From Octopus sinensis (Eukaryota): DNA of 64,000 nt. The notes under the pieces were generated by a model. That model did no database searches, was not told the origin of the DNA, and saw only the letters and a list, made by a program, of their open reading frames with translations. The stretch's first letter is position 1; each line of letters opens with the position of its first letter. The stretch is from positions 183,024,001 through 183,088,000 of the forward strand of contig NC_042997.1 in assembly GCF_006345805.1 (NCBI RefSeq). The letters are read 5' to 3'. Position numbers and translations under genes: made by a program. This document shows positions 27,059 to 41,352 of the stretch, piece after piece.

Positions 27059-27902
27059 CACACACACACACACACTCTCTCTCTCTCTCTCAAACACATA
27101 CACATAAAAATTACAACTTTGAACCAAGTTCGTGTCCTACAGTTAATTTTTATTACTGTAGACCTCACCTTTCCTAGGGTGGGAGTTGAGGGTAACTAGG
27201 TGCGTTCTATGTAGTCTGTATTAATTTTCATGCTTCAGGTTTGTTTGCGGGAGAGTATTTTAAGTACGGTAAAGGTTCATGTAAAATATACTACGTGTAA
27301 TATTGGAGTGTAGGACAAAAAAGCCCCATAGTTAAAGTGGACATAAGCCCCACGGTTATATTTTTCGATTATTTTTTCGTTTTTTTTTTCACCTTTTACT
27401 TATTTCAGTCATTAGACTATGGCCATGCTGGGGCACCACCTTGAAGAATTTTTAGTCGAATGTAACGACCCCAGAATTTTTTTTTTTTTTTTTACGATTT
27501 TCAATCAGAGCATGAAGTTAAGCCCAGAAGCTATCTCCACATACTAGAAACAACAGCCAAATCTCTTGAAAATGTTTTTTATAACCTGCTCGGTTTTTTA
27601 TTTTCTATTTTTTTTTTGTTTCAGTCATTGGACTACGGCCATGCTGGGGCACTAGCTTGAATTTTTGGTCGCAGAAAAATCAGTATTTTTAAAATGTATG
27701 TTTAAAGTATTTTTCTATTTTCTCTCAGCGTTTACAGATTAATGAGAGTAAGATGATCTTTTGAACATAGTAAGTATTCTATGTAAAGAGTTAAGATCTG
27801 TTGAAAACTGAAGTATGTTTTCTGACCCAAAAGATTATCATTCCCGGCAATATATATTAAAAATACTAGTCATTCACATATTTTAAAGTTAAAATATTCG
27901 TT

Positions 27903-28320
27903 AGGCGCAGGAGTGGCTGTGTGGTAAGTAGCTTGCTAACCAACCACATGGTTCCGGGTTCAGTCCCACTGCGTGGCAACTTGGGCAAGTGTCTTCCGCT
28001 ATAGCCCCGGGCCGACCAATGCCTTGTGAGTGGATTTGGTAGACGGAAACTGAAAGAAGCCCGTCGTATATATGTGTATATATATAAGTGTGTGTGTATA
28101 TGTTTGTGTGTCTGTGTTTGTCCCCCTAGCATTGCTTGACAACCGATGCTGGTGTGTTTACGTCTCCGTCACTTAGCGGTTCGGCAAAAGAGACCGATAG
28201 AGTAAGTACTGGGCTTACAAAGAATAAGTCCCGGGGTCGATTTGCTCGACTAAAGGCGGTACTCCAGCATGGCTGCAGTCAAATGACTGAAACAAGTAAA
28301 AAGAGAAAAAAGAAAAGAGA
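27903..28320 (+). mobile_element. SINE family A, full length
   Basis: aggcgcaggagtggctgtgtggtaag head to gactgaaacaagtaaaaaga tail. Confidence 0.93.
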
Positions 28321-28655
28321 GTTAAAGATTCTCTTTAAAAAGCGTAGGGGCATCCTATGGGACGATAACAAAAAAACGTATACATACATATATGCATACA
28401 TTGAGTAAATAACAATCTTCTTTGGTTTCAAAGTAATGATATTCTAATTGTACAGTAAACAGAATTGCTTACTCAATAAATTAAAATATACTTGGTAGAG
28501 TTTTCATCTTACACGAGTATCCTTCAAAATGTGACAAGCTGTTACCATTATACTTCATGTTCTAAAGAGGAAAACTATGTGTGACAAGGAGACGAAAATA
28601 TTAAGCTCAATGACTAATACTATTTCAATTTGATTTTGGTAAATATGGGTGACAA

Positions 28656-28696
28656 CTCCTGACAGGTTTCGGTCTCATTAAACTTCATCAGTCAAG
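28656..28696 (-). ncRNA. Decayed hammerhead motif
   Basis: CTGATGA-aGTTT(aatg)AGACc-GAAACCTGTC; stem I not supported. Confidence 0.4.
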
Positions 28697-29149
28697 TGTA
28701 TTATTTTCTATACTCGCGTTGATGTTGTAAGTAGACATCAGATATTAGGATATTGACTGAGGGAAATTTCTCAGAGTCGTCATCTATACTTTTCCTCAGT
28801 CGGTGTGACAAAGGTAGCCCTTTGAATTACAGGTACAACCCATTTCCCATTTTAATTTCACAAATAAGGCATAGTTCGACCCGAGGCTATGGTATAAACG
28901 TACCTAAGGTGATATGCAGTGGGACTGAACACGAAACATCAAAATTGCGAGGTAAACTTTTTAAATATTTGGCAATCAAAGGCCCACAAGCACATAGGCT
29001 GTAGGTACCAGCGACTTGAAATTTGGTGCGGACTGTTTGATTGATTTAATTCGCTTCAATAATATTGTTTGAGAAAGGCATGAATGTCACACATTCCACT
29101 CACTGCTAATACCTAGATGTCAATTAGAGTTCATTCCTTATCCACAGAA

Positions 29150-29565
29150 GGATATTTTCGGTTTGAACGGCAGTTTTTTAAATAATTTCCACGTAACTAA
29201 ACACTTTTAAACTTCGTATACTGGTAGAATGTGTTTATAAAACATCTTTTTCTCTTGGCTTTATTGAGAAAATTCTATAGTTTGTAAGATATTTGTTGTT
29301 ATTTTTTCTTCAATTTCAGTAATTTCAACCAATCAATGACGTCTATTGAGGTGAAAAACATTCTGTGCCGCATGAATACGTCCCTCGTTTAAGAAACAGA
29401 TTGGCTTTATTTACATTTCTGAAGAAAAAATATACCCTTCCCCCACCCCTAACCCTAACCCTAAAACAGATTCAAATGCAATAGATCGATACTAGGGTCA
29501 TAATTATGGGTGACAATTCATATGACACCACTAGAAAAAAACTGCCGTTCAAACCGAAAAGATCC
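29150..29565. mobile_element. MITE with GG termini and internal (CCCTAA)3
   Basis: TIR ggatattttcggtttgaacggcagtttttt / aaaaaactgccgttcaaaccgaaaagatcc; left arm homologous to the 49909 element. Confidence 0.85.
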
Positions 29566-29989
29566 CTTAAGAAGTTTCTCTAATAAATGAAGAGTCGAGA
29601 AACCGATACTCATTTGAAATATTTGCATGAGATAAAACGTGAGAAATGTTTCTTGATTGATACATAACAAAAACTATTCGGAGGAAACTTGGTGATATTC
29701 TTGTATCGGCAAAAATCTTTAAGATGCACGAATTAAAATGAAATAGGTTTTTTCTGATAGTACTGAATAAATTAGGTTTGGAAATGAGAGAAAGAAAAGA
29801 AGAGAAGGAAGAATATTAGCTGAAGGTAACCAGGCGAAGTAGCTGTTAGTAAGTAGGTGGTAACTGCTTTAAAGCGTCGAGGCGAAGAGTGAGTGGGCGA
29901 TTGCGAGACGAGGGCGTTAGAAGTTGGTTAAAAAGTACAACAGATAATAGTATGAATAGTATATAAATATAGACACGCATTTCAGCACG

Positions 29990-30332
29990 CATACACACAC
30001 ACACACACACATTATATATATTCATGCACACACGTGTGTGCATATGTACAGATGTGTATACATACATACATACATGCATACATACATACATACATATACA
30101 TATACATACACATATACATATATATATATATATATTACATATATATATATATATACATATGTATATATATATATATAATATATATATACATATGTATATA
30201 TATATATACATATATATACATATATAACATATATATACATATATATATACATATATATACATATATATACATATATATATACATATGTAAAACATATATA
30301 TATACATATATATACATATATATATAATATAT

Positions 30333-30368
<36 letters not shown>

Positions 30369-30455
30369 AGTAATGTAAGTATAGGTGTGTATGTAGAGAT
30401 GTGTATGAATAGATATGTGTGTATATATATATATATGTATGTATGTATATATATA
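29990..30455. repeat. Long (TA)/(TACA) low-complexity tract
   Basis: Direct reading. Confidence 0.95.
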
Positions 30456-30544
30456 AATATTCAATTTGAATATGATTTGCAGTCCTCGGACGTTTTTACG
30501 TATGCTGGCCACCAGTTTAAATTAGTATTATTTATCCTTATTTA

Positions 30545-30575
<31 letters not shown>

Positions 30576-33362
30576 TATATCGCTTGCTCACCCACTCAAT
30601 TTTCCACCAAAGACAAGTATATATGTATATACATTTTTCTGTCTCACAGCGACGGCGGTCTATAACGACGTTATGTGAACTATAATGTGTCTGTGTTTAT
30701 GCATATCGTCCTGCTTGTTAACAGAATCCCACTCACCCATGTTAGATACAGACTACATTGGATAATGTAGTCACTGATTTTTAAAATGGACATGGTTACG
30801 ATAGGATCACCTTTGATGAACACAAAACACAGGCACATTCGCACTCATGCTCACACCCACTCAAGCATACTGCTAAAGGGTTGAGCGATCAAACAAAAAC
30901 ATCTCTCTCACACTATTTTTACTAGTTCACTCATCATTTCTCATTCTTTTCTCGCATTTGTATCCCATCAATTCTATCTCTGTTTGCATCGTACAATCGA
31001 TGTATCTGTAGTGCATTACATTAGCAAGGAAGTATCCTAAGTTGATACGTTAAGATACGTACGTACGTATGTATGTATGCATGTATGTATGTATGTATGT
31101 ATGTATGTATGTATGTGTGTATGTATGTGTGTATGTATGTATGTATGTATGTATGTACGTATGTATGTATGTATGTGTTTGTGCATATAATATATATGTA
31201 TGTAAGTATGTACATATGTATGCATATAGCATGTATAAAAATGCTTGTGCATGTATGTGTAAGTATGTATACGTGTGTATTTAGATATGTGTGAATTGCC
31301 TGAATTTAGTTCTTTCTTTTCTTTTTATGTCAGTGCTGTGTTGGCTGTACGTGTTTCTATTAATAGCGCCTATATTTGTCTGAAATGTGGCTGAATGTAT
31401 CCATGATTTATGTTGCAATTGATTTGTAAAACGCAGAAAAGGTAATTGATATTTTAAAGCTTCCTGTAACATACACTTGTTTCCTTAAGCCGATTGGTGC
31501 TTTTGCGTAAGCCGATCGGCACTGTTGTGCAAATCGTAATACTTCTTCGGTATTAGTAGCAAAAATTCGCTTGCCTTTATATTCCCCAGTCATGAATGTT
31601 ATGGGTAATCAAGCTGGTATAGGAGAATAGTAGGGTGACAAGGTGAGATAATAGGATTGTTTAAAGAGAAGAATACAGTGTGAAGAGGGCAGTGATGGAG
31701 ACATACACACACACACACACATGCACACAAACACACAGAAACATACACATGCGCACATACATACATATGGATAGTAGAGAAAAATTAAGAAAATGAAGAG
31801 CCTTGAGTCAAGTAGGAGTAGTAATAATAATGACTGGTACGAAAGGTAGTATACTTCTCTGTCTTGAAGTTTTTGTCGTATGTGAGTCCAACAAATTCCT
31901 GTTTAATAGACGTGGCATCCAGCTATTACCTTTGTAAACAGATGTGTATATCAAAGACATTCAGAGGTTCCTCAGTCACGGGTATACGTATACACTCATA
32001 TACACATTCATTTACACACATACAGACAAATTCATATGCATATATATTCACACACACACACACACACGCTCATTCAACCGAAAACATGAAAAAACTTATA
32101 TATGTATATGTATACACTCTTACATATACGTGCCCACATGCTCACAGGCATACATGTAGTTTACTGACTTCATTCCTTTCTATTTGCCACTATATTCATG
32201 TACATCACAGTCCCCGTAAAGCTTTTATGTTATTTCTTATAAGTACAAAAGTAAGTTATATAAACATGGTCCGTAAATCAGTATCACACACAGCAGGTAT
32301 TCAGGAGGAGTCTAGGACGTTTACCCCCATGGACAATAATCGCCCCCCAGATTATGATGTTTAAAACTTCTTGATATATTGGAGTGGGGATAATTAACTA
32401 AGGGGGAATAATTGTCCTGGGGGGTAGTTATCGTTGAGGGAATTGTCCTATGGGAGTGAGTAATTGTCTTGATACAATTCAGAAGTATTCCGAATGTTGT
32501 CATATAGCATCCATTGTGTATCCACTCATACGGGATCAACGTTATTGGTCCAAGCAGTGATGATTTACGAATAGTCGAAGTTCAAAATGGTTGGTGCATT
32601 AAGAGATCAGTTGATCGATATGATAAAGTTCGATGAGGACAGTGGTCGTACCTGATATTCCACAGTATTGCCTTTGATATGAGCATATCTATGGTATGTA
32701 AAATGGAAAATTAGGATGGCAGAAGAGAGATTATGCAGGAATGTGGTACAGGGGAATGTGTCCGTACATACAATATAATACTCAATTAATGTATACAAGG
32801 AAACAGGAACATAGTAGCTAATGCTACGGTGTCTGACTACATAGTAGTAGTTGAATAACTATATCATCCTAATTAAGGTTATTGCTAGTCTTGTAGTGAC
32901 GGAATGTCCAACTCTACTGTGTATACAGTAAATCCCCAATTCATTTTTAAAATAGCTAATATAATCTCTAACTCCCCTTTATTACACAGCCAACAGAAAC
33001 GACTCCAGTTCCTGTAAAGTGGAGCATATTCCATCTTTGTGCAAAAGAGCAAATCGGTTTGGGGAAACGCGCGTATATTATATAAAGCTTTAAAATATTT
33101 ACATTTTTCTGTTTTTCTTATTACTCTATAACGTGGCCGAACTCCGCGTGTTAGTCTATCCAGTGATATTATTTTCAAATCGCGCGGAATATAGGCGTGG
33201 AGTGTGAAACTACTTACTGAACACACACTTTTTAAACTGTATGTATGTATGTATGTATATATGTATGTATGCATGCATGTATGTATGTATGTATGTATGT
33301 ATGTATGTATGTATGTATGTATGTATGTATGTATGTATGTATGTATGTATGTATGTATGTAT

Positions 33363-33870
33363 GGTCGGGCCGTCGGCGACTAAACCGGCAACCCCACCAA
33401 GCTTGCTTGGTGAGGAGGATGTTTATTGGACACCCTGCGGGATGAAAAACAAAATCCGTCAAAGGACGGAGGAACTCTTGAGAGTCAACGGCCATCCAAT
33501 AAATGTGTAATTTTTTTTTTCTTAAGACTTAAGGCTGTATCATGTGCGGGGACATAGAAATAATCGGATTGAATACCCGATCGCGCGGTTAAACCATTGG
33601 AGGTGAAGGACTCCTAGCCTTTGTTAGGGCATCCTTCTAGGAGAAGGTAACTCAGGTAACTGGGATAACTCCGACATAAAACCTGCGGCTCAGTGGTTAC
33701 CAATGATGTTGACTTGTTCTTCTTTTCGGATTATGGCTGCTGTTGCTTAGTGAGTGGGATTGACTCAGTGCACAGCCTTTCCTCACTTTAAAAAAATCTT
33801 CCTGCACAGGCATTGCACGATAACAACATTGTTCATGATTGTTGATGGTGCTGTGAGTCTCAACTGAATG
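33363..33870 (+). mobile_element. RTE-related non-autonomous retroelement or 5' UTR, in (TGTA)n
   Basis: ggcatcc..taggagaaggtaactc..aaacc motif typical of RTE 5' regions (recalled); GC-rich structured 5' end; no ORF. Confidence 0.55.
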
Positions 33871-34360
33871 GCTGGCTGTAGCCTTAAAAAGCAAATAAAA
33901 GTCACAATCGATCACAGCGCCAATAACAGTTAAACTTCGTGCAATGGCCATACTCGATAACGAGGGGGCAGCCATCATCTATGTATGTATGTATGTATGT
34001 ATGTATGTATGTATGTATGTATGTATGTATGACCTCATTTACTCATTTATTTATTTGATTGTTTGAATTTTCTACATATATAAAGATGTGACCTATATAT
34101 GCATACATTCTTATAAGGACCTCTGAAATTCGTGGAATCATATGGAGAGAAATAGCAAGTAATTCGAGCTAGAGTTTCGCGCTGCATTACCTTTTACGTT
34201 CTTATAATAATTCAAGATGCATACATTATGCAGATTTTGAGCGCGTTTTGGATTTCACGCTTAGTTTTATATCTATACTATAATGGAGATACATTAGGTA
34301 TGTAGCAATTACTAAAAGTACTAAAAGAAAGCAATTATTAAAGGATTGACCGTCTGCAAA

Positions 34361-34754
34361 TCTCTCTCTATATAAAGCTGAAGTTGTCTGTGTATGGCAG
34401 GTTTGGTAGCCTTCAACTAATACAATCTCCTCTGAGACCTTGCGGCGCAAGTTGACCAAAATTAAGAGTATGATAGAAGAAGGCTTGCTCTTCCTTCTGT
34501 AGAAGAAAAAAATTCAAATCGGACCATGTTAAGACCCAAAATTATTTACACCAAAAAGATGCTTTTTTTCTATGAAAATCCCTAATTTTTTATGATTTTT
34601 TGACTGCTGTGTCGCCATTTTTCGGTGTATTTCAACCAGGAAAATGTTCACTTAAAGAGAATAACAAGCTACATAATGCAAATTTTTTACTTTTCAAAAA
34701 ATCCAATTCTAAAGGATCGAAACAAACCCGAGCAACGCCGGGCGATACTGCTAG
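34361..34754 (+). mobile_element. Non-autonomous Helitron
   Basis: A|TC...cccgagcaacgccggg..CTAG|T; close copy at 41930. Confidence 0.88.
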
Positions 34755-37729
34755 TATTTTTATAAATTCATGTTCTAAGAAATTACCTATAATTTCGATT
34801 TCTCAAGTTTATTGAATCTTTTTAATTCCAATTTCTCGCAAATTTAAATATTCAGTGTCCAATTCATCACAAACTTAAATATTCAGTGCATTCACTGCGG
34901 AGTATTCCATTTTCATTTGCAAAGTCTCTCACTTACACTTTAAAGTTTTCATTCGCTATTAATGTATACATAATGTAAAAACATTATTTATTGATGAAAT
35001 TAAAAAAAAAAAATAGCCGTATAATTTTTGAACGCGGGATAGCTGTGGGAGGAGCCTAGAAAGTTTGGTAGATGAGGAGAAAAAAAAAGAACCCAAAAAG
35101 TTATTGACAAGTAATCGAAACTTGCACCTTATTCACAGTTTCCAAACACAATTCAACAATGAGACACACACAAACACTCGCGCGCGCACATAGATATACA
35201 TACACACAAATGAAAGGCAATGAATGTGTGTGTTTTTGTGTGTGCGTTTGTGCGTGCGTGCATGTGTGTGTATGCTGTTCAGTGACAAAATTTCGTGCTG
35301 CATCACTTTTGTTAAGTTTTGTCAGTGAACAGGTCGCGGTTTCAAAGCGACCAAAATATTTTGGTGCATGAAGTTTTAATGTTGAAGTGAAACTAAAGGT
35401 ATTTGTGCATTCTTAAATGGTTTACAAACGTATTCCACGCTGCAATTGTTTTTCTTTCGGCAGACGCTCTCAGGTCAAGTCACTTGCTATGCAAGTACAT
35501 CTCCGTAATTTTTTCAAATCACTGTGGATAAATGCCAGCAATGACCTTCTCAAACTCTCCCATATTTCTAATTTTTAAACAGAAGTAATCAGGGGCAGGT
35601 AGTGGGGGTTGCAAAAAATTCATAATTTCTCAAATTTTCTTTTTTAAAGCATGTATGGGGAGAAATATTGAAAAACATCAATACAAGCGAGACTGATAAA
35701 GAAACGAAGAGGGTTGTCTTTAGATGTGTTAGAAACAATAGCCAAATCGCCCTTAAACCACTTTTCCCTCTGAAAATATTAATAGTTAAAATTTTTCTTT
35801 TTACCGAAAATGCTCTTCTCGTGGTTTTGAAGTGCATAAAAAATGGGATGATGAGGGAGAGGAGTGTAAAAAAAAAGTTTCCATACAAAGATCCCCCCAA
35901 CCCCATCACTTCGAAGGCAGGCTGTGGTTTTAATAAAAAATGGGGAAAATCGCTGAAAAATTTCTTTATAATCGGAATCTATGCCGTATGAAAGGGATTT
36001 GTATAAACATTCATTAAAAGATACCCAGCTTCCTGAAAGTTACGAGGGAAAAAAGTCAGATCGTGTGAATTTTCTTAAACTCCTCTCTCCACCTCCTCGC
36101 AAAATTTTTTTCCCATAAATCCCCATATATTCTGAAGCCACAACATCTAAGCGGTATTTATAGAAAATTTTGTTAAAAAGTATCCATTTTTCTGGATGTT
36201 ATGAGGCAACAAAGTCGCAGCGTATACATCTGTAGTAATGCCCTTTCATTTATACGAATTTTTCATTTCAAGTTTATTTCATTAATTAATTGCAATGTTC
36301 TCTCTCTCTCTCTGCCCCCTCTCTCTCTCCCTCTGGGCTGTTGAATTGAAATCTCTATGTTGCTTTGAGGGGAAGGTAAAACTTGACAAACTGCTTCTCC
36401 TTCTGTTGTTGGACTACTATGATGTTTGTTTAAAAAAGAGAAATTATGACTGTGATAAAATAATGAAAGCAATATTTACTAAGCAAGTGAGCACTATTAT
36501 ACAAAGAAATAATTGGGTGTAAAATATAAAAATAATTAGAAATGGGAATCAAATGTGAAAATATTATCAAGGGGCTAGCAGAAAACCGCCCGGAGGGCGG
36601 CCTTTCTTCTAGTAATATTAATGAAGTTGTATGAAGTAAATTGTCTCTGAGCACCTCGTTCTTTTCTAATGTCTTTTCTCCCCTCATTCGTATTATAATC
36701 TTACTGATATGTGAATACCAGAGTATGCGTTTGCTTCATAAATCTTTATTCTCATATGTATAAGGGTTATTACATATTTTAAAAGTCTTTGGGATGAGGC
36801 AACGTTATATTTTCTATATTTCATTTGCTTCATTAATAGCGTTGTCATTCGTAGTTGTTGCAACTCAGCGTGAGCTTAAAATTACTAAACTACTTTTTGG
36901 TTTGTAATGGTACTGGAGAATTAGTGGAAACCATGTTGTATTGTCTAATCTGAATTTCGCATTATCTGATGAGCACCAAATGAACTGTCTTATTTATAAT
37001 GGTTGTATTCCAATGGATTGGGAATGTTGTCTTTAAGATAAAATTGATGTCGCTTTCTCTTTTTTATTTTTCTTGGAGCTGGGTTTTTTTGCGTTATTTT
37101 TCAATTTTGAAAATGATGCATTCAGTGAATATTTTATCATTTACTGTTTTCTTGCTTTTTTTCTTTTCATTTGTTCAATGTTTTAGAGTGTCTTGTAATT
37201 TGATTCATCTTTCTGAATTACTCAGTCACCAAGAATGGCATTTTTGCGAACCCTAGGTATTGTTCCCTTGTACATTTGCCTGCATAAAGCATGTCTTTTT
37301 GACATGAATCGTTTCAGGCGAGTAATCTTGTTTTATACCAGAATAATGCAGTACTGGTGTAGTGTAATCTACTTGCTTTTCCTCAGTTGATTCTAACAGA
37401 CTTCCTGCAAATTGAAATTATAACGATATGAAGTTTGCTTTATGAAATATTGAGCAACATTTTTTTTATTTTTGGGCCACACATTGTGAATTATACATAA
37501 CATAACGTTATGACCCGAAAGAGAAAAATGAACAATAAATGTGCAATATTGATGTTGGAATTACATTGAAATTGCCGATGAAGAGCTACGCAACAACATT
37601 AAACTAAATAGCAAGATCTGAATCATTAAATAAATAATGTTAAGAGCATAGATGGCAGCTGAAGCATTACATGATCCCCTATCCACTAATATTTCAATCA
37701 ATCCAACGAATCAATAATTTCTCTCCCAC

Positions 37730-38330
37730 TGGTAATATGTAGGCCTTCTTAACATTCTCGATGGTTTTCAGCTTCGGGAGTCTGATCGCCAGTTTTTGTT
37801 AAATCTGCCAATTTATCTATCTTGTTTGTTGTTACCCCCACCCCATCCACCCCAGGCGTAATCCAATTCGTCGCCTTTTTCATCCACCTGTTGTCACTCG
37901 TCTTCGGACGTACCCGGCTAATTTCAATGAGTCTATGAACTAGACCATATAATTTATTTTGCTTTTAGATCCATTTTGTCTTGTCTTTCCACGTCATTTC
38001 AAGCTAAATGCATTCGCGACCGAGCTATTCTTTGTTTGCTTGTTATGTATTTTGTAATATAAGAAACTGTTGGGATAATGCTTTGATTGTCCATTCGTCT
38101 TTAAAAACCTAAGGATATTCTAATTTTAAGAATGGAATTCTCTTTTACCGAGGGTTTGTTTCCCACTCCAAGATAATTGATCATTTTATTTCTTTGTTTT
38201 TACCCGAAGGAATACCAACTGTGATGACATCCATAACAAACTAAGGCGTATAGTATAAGTCTTAGTTTGTCCTTCATCAAACTACATCCATGTAAGATAG
38301 GGAGAATCTATTTTCCCCAAACTGACAAGA
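37730..38330 (-). mobile_element. Very decayed RTE-like LINE 3' fragment
   Basis: Minus strand gives KLAGYVRRR and DNRWMKKATNW, resembling WAGHVARR.DNRW. Confidence 0.4.
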
Positions 38331-38480
38331 TATGTTTCGGAAATTGCACTGAGAGAAAGATGAATTAGAAATTAAAATCAGCGGTGCACCTGCTACACAC
38401 TTTCGATTACAGACAACACAGTTCCCGTGCTAGAAATAAAACAAAAACAAAAAAAAAAAACGATTAAACACTTCAAACTA

Positions 38481-39009
38481 CCGTAAATCCTCGTGTATCA
38501 TCCGCATTCCCCCCCCCCCCAAAAAAAAATTTAAAGGTCAAAATCCCTAGTGCGTACTATATACGAGGTTAAAAATAAAAAACATTTTCTAAGCAATGTC
38601 CAAGTCTCTATTTGCTGTCCGGCAATGTTTATTCAGACGCATTTTGAGATGTCGGGCGCGAAAATACCTTAAGCTAAGCATGAAAGCAATGAAATCATAA
38701 AAGAATCATCCATAACTTGCAGTAAGCAACATTTATTAAAATAAAAGTATTCAGAACACAGAATAACATGTAACAAAAACAATTTGCAAACATATTTATA
38801 TTCCCATATAACTGAAGAACATCACCATTATTGTATTACGCATGCGCGGAAGTGTTTATTCGACTGGGTGCTGCTGGCTTAATTACGTACGACTCAAGTT
38901 AGTGAAGGGGTGCGTATTATACACAAAGTTTAGGTTCTTCAGAAGTACAGTCCCCTAAAAATCCCCTGCGTATTATACTCAACGGCGGACTATACTCGAG
39001 GATTTATGG
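38481..39009. mobile_element. Tc1/mariner (pogo-like) MITE
   Basis: TA|ccgtaaatcctcg...cgaggatttatgg|TA; second copy at 52703 in opposite orientation. Confidence 0.88.
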
Positions 39010-39199
39010 TATATTAGAATAATTGAATACAGAAAGTGAAACTGTCGGAAATAGTACTCAGCAATCTGACAAAAACTGAAGAAATAACTTCTCAAATAAT
39101 AAACATTTACAACTAACGAGGTCGACTTACAACAACCAGCTATATTTATTTATTCTTCATCACCATGTTAAATTTCTTTGCACTATCAACATTTATTAT

Positions 39200-39599
39200 C
39201 TTTTATTTCTCTTTCTCTTTTCTCTTTTCCTTGTTTCAGTCATTTGACTGCGGCCATGCTGGGGCACCGCCTTTAGTCGAGCAAATCGACCCCGGGACTT
39301 ATTCTTTGTAAGCCCAGTACTTATTCTTTCGGTATCTTTTGCCGAACCGCTAAGTGACGGGGACGTAAACACACCAGCAATGCTAGGAGCACAAACACAG
39401 ACACACAGACATATACACACACATACATACATATATATATATACATATATACGACAGGCTTCTTTCAGTTTCCGTCTACCAAATCCACTCACAAGGCATT
39501 GGTCGGCCCGAGGCTATAGCAGAAGACACTTGCCCAAGGTGCCACGCAGTGGGACTGAACCCGGAACCATGTGGTTGGTAAGCAAGCTACTTACCACAC
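39200..39599 (-). mobile_element. SINE family A
   Basis: Reverse complement of the 27903 copy. Confidence 0.92.
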
Positions 39600-40249
39600 T
39601 TTCTTTTAAATCACTAATGATCAACAAATTACTTAAGACTAATATTACCTCTGTAAGTAGCAAGTCAATTGCAACACCTGGATGTTTCTGTACAATAACC
39701 TATATGTTTTCGCTCTCTTTTTAAAACAATGTAACCACTACCATATACCTGTGTGAATCAAAAGCTTATTAAATACCATCATTTTATAGTTTAATATACT
39801 AACCTAATACCTGCCCTGCTGACGAAGAAAACTAAATGCGAATAGTTCTCGTTTCACACTTTATTTAAATATTTATGACATGAGTTTGTTCACCAGTACA
39901 CATTAGCTCTATAAATAGAATAACACGGTGAGACATTTTACTGTGAAACTATTTTGACTTTTATATCAACATTGAATTCTACAAGAAAAATTATATTAGA
40001 ATACTTTATATATCTTTTGATATTTTAATTTTATAGAATTTCTGTATACATATTTTCAGCATAAATTTTATTTTCCTTCGTGTTAATGTATGTATATATA
40101 AATCTATGTACGAATCTTTAAATAAACGCATATATAAATATGTATATTTACATACATACAGACAGATATATGTGTATATACGCATGTTTCTTTGTCAATG
40201 TCTTAGTTTCCTTTTGGTTTCATTCTTCATTGAAAATGCATAGCTTCCC

Positions 40250-40293
<44 letters not shown>

Positions 40294-40724
40294 AAGAGAG
40301 AGAGAGAGAGAAAGAAAGAGAGAGAGAGAAAGAAAGAGAGAGAGAGAAAGAAAGAGAGAGAGAGATGGGGTGAAAGAAAGGGAAAAGAGGGAGATTGATA
40401 GATAAATAGGTGAAAAGTGAAAGTGAGCGAGAAAAAAAAAGAAAAAAGACAAACCGAATCACAAACAGATAAAGTAAATAAGAAGAGAACAGAGCGAGAA
40501 AAGGGATAAATAGGAGAGACAAATACATAAAGCTTAAAGAGCGAACAGAGAAAGGGAGAACCAAACATGAGAAGAGAGGAAGAAATAAAGCCAAGGATGA
40601 AAACAGAATCAGATAGAAGTAAGTAGCACAAGAAATGAAAGAGAGTAGAAGTCAGAGATGAAGAAATACTGAGGGTAAAAGAGAAATAGTGACAGAGAAA
40701 TAAAAGTTGTAAACACTCGTTACA

Positions 40725-41352
40725 CAGTAATCCCTCGCCTTATCGCGGTTCACCTATCGCGGTTTATTATTTAAGTTTACGTCGATTCCTCCGTGGTGTT
40801 GTTTTGCATTTATTATAAAATAAATATATACATATTAATAAAATAATAAAAAAAATATACGAGTGGCTGTGTGGTAAGTAGCTTGCTTACCAACCACATG
40901 GTTCTGGGTTCAGTCCCACTGCGTGGCACCTTGGGCAAGTGTCTTCTACTATAGCCTCGGGCCGACCAAAGCCTTGTGAGTGGATTTGGTGACGGAAACT
41001 GAAAGAAGCCTGTCGTATATATGTGTGTGTGTGTGTGTGTGTTTGTGTGTCTGTGTTTGCCCCCTCAACATCGCTTGACAACCGATGCTGGTGTGTTTAC
41101 GTGCCCGTAACTTAGCGGTTCAGCAAAAGAGCTCGATAGAATAAGTACTACGCTTACAAAGAATACGTCCTGGGGTCGATTTGCTCGACTAAGGCAGTGC
41201 TCCAGCATGGCCGCAGTCAAATGACTAAAACAAGTAAAAGAGTAAAAGAGTAAAAAGAGAGAGTACCGTGCTGTTTCTACTTCGCGAATTTTAACCTATC
41301 GCGTGGGGTTGGGGGTTGGAACATAACACCCTCGATCGTCGAGGAATTACTG
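40725..41352. mobile_element. Tigger-like MITE containing a SINE family A copy (40861-41262, +)
   Basis: TIR cagtaatccctcg / cgaggaattactg|ta; internal cctatcgcg repeats. Confidence 0.8.

Noticed and set aside
37576-37610. ccgatgaagagctacgc similar to the CCGACGA family core
   Set aside because: Stem II and GAAA box are absent
39819-39855. CTGACGA followed by a hairpin
   Set aside because: Followed by GTTTC rather than GAAA; no cleavage site
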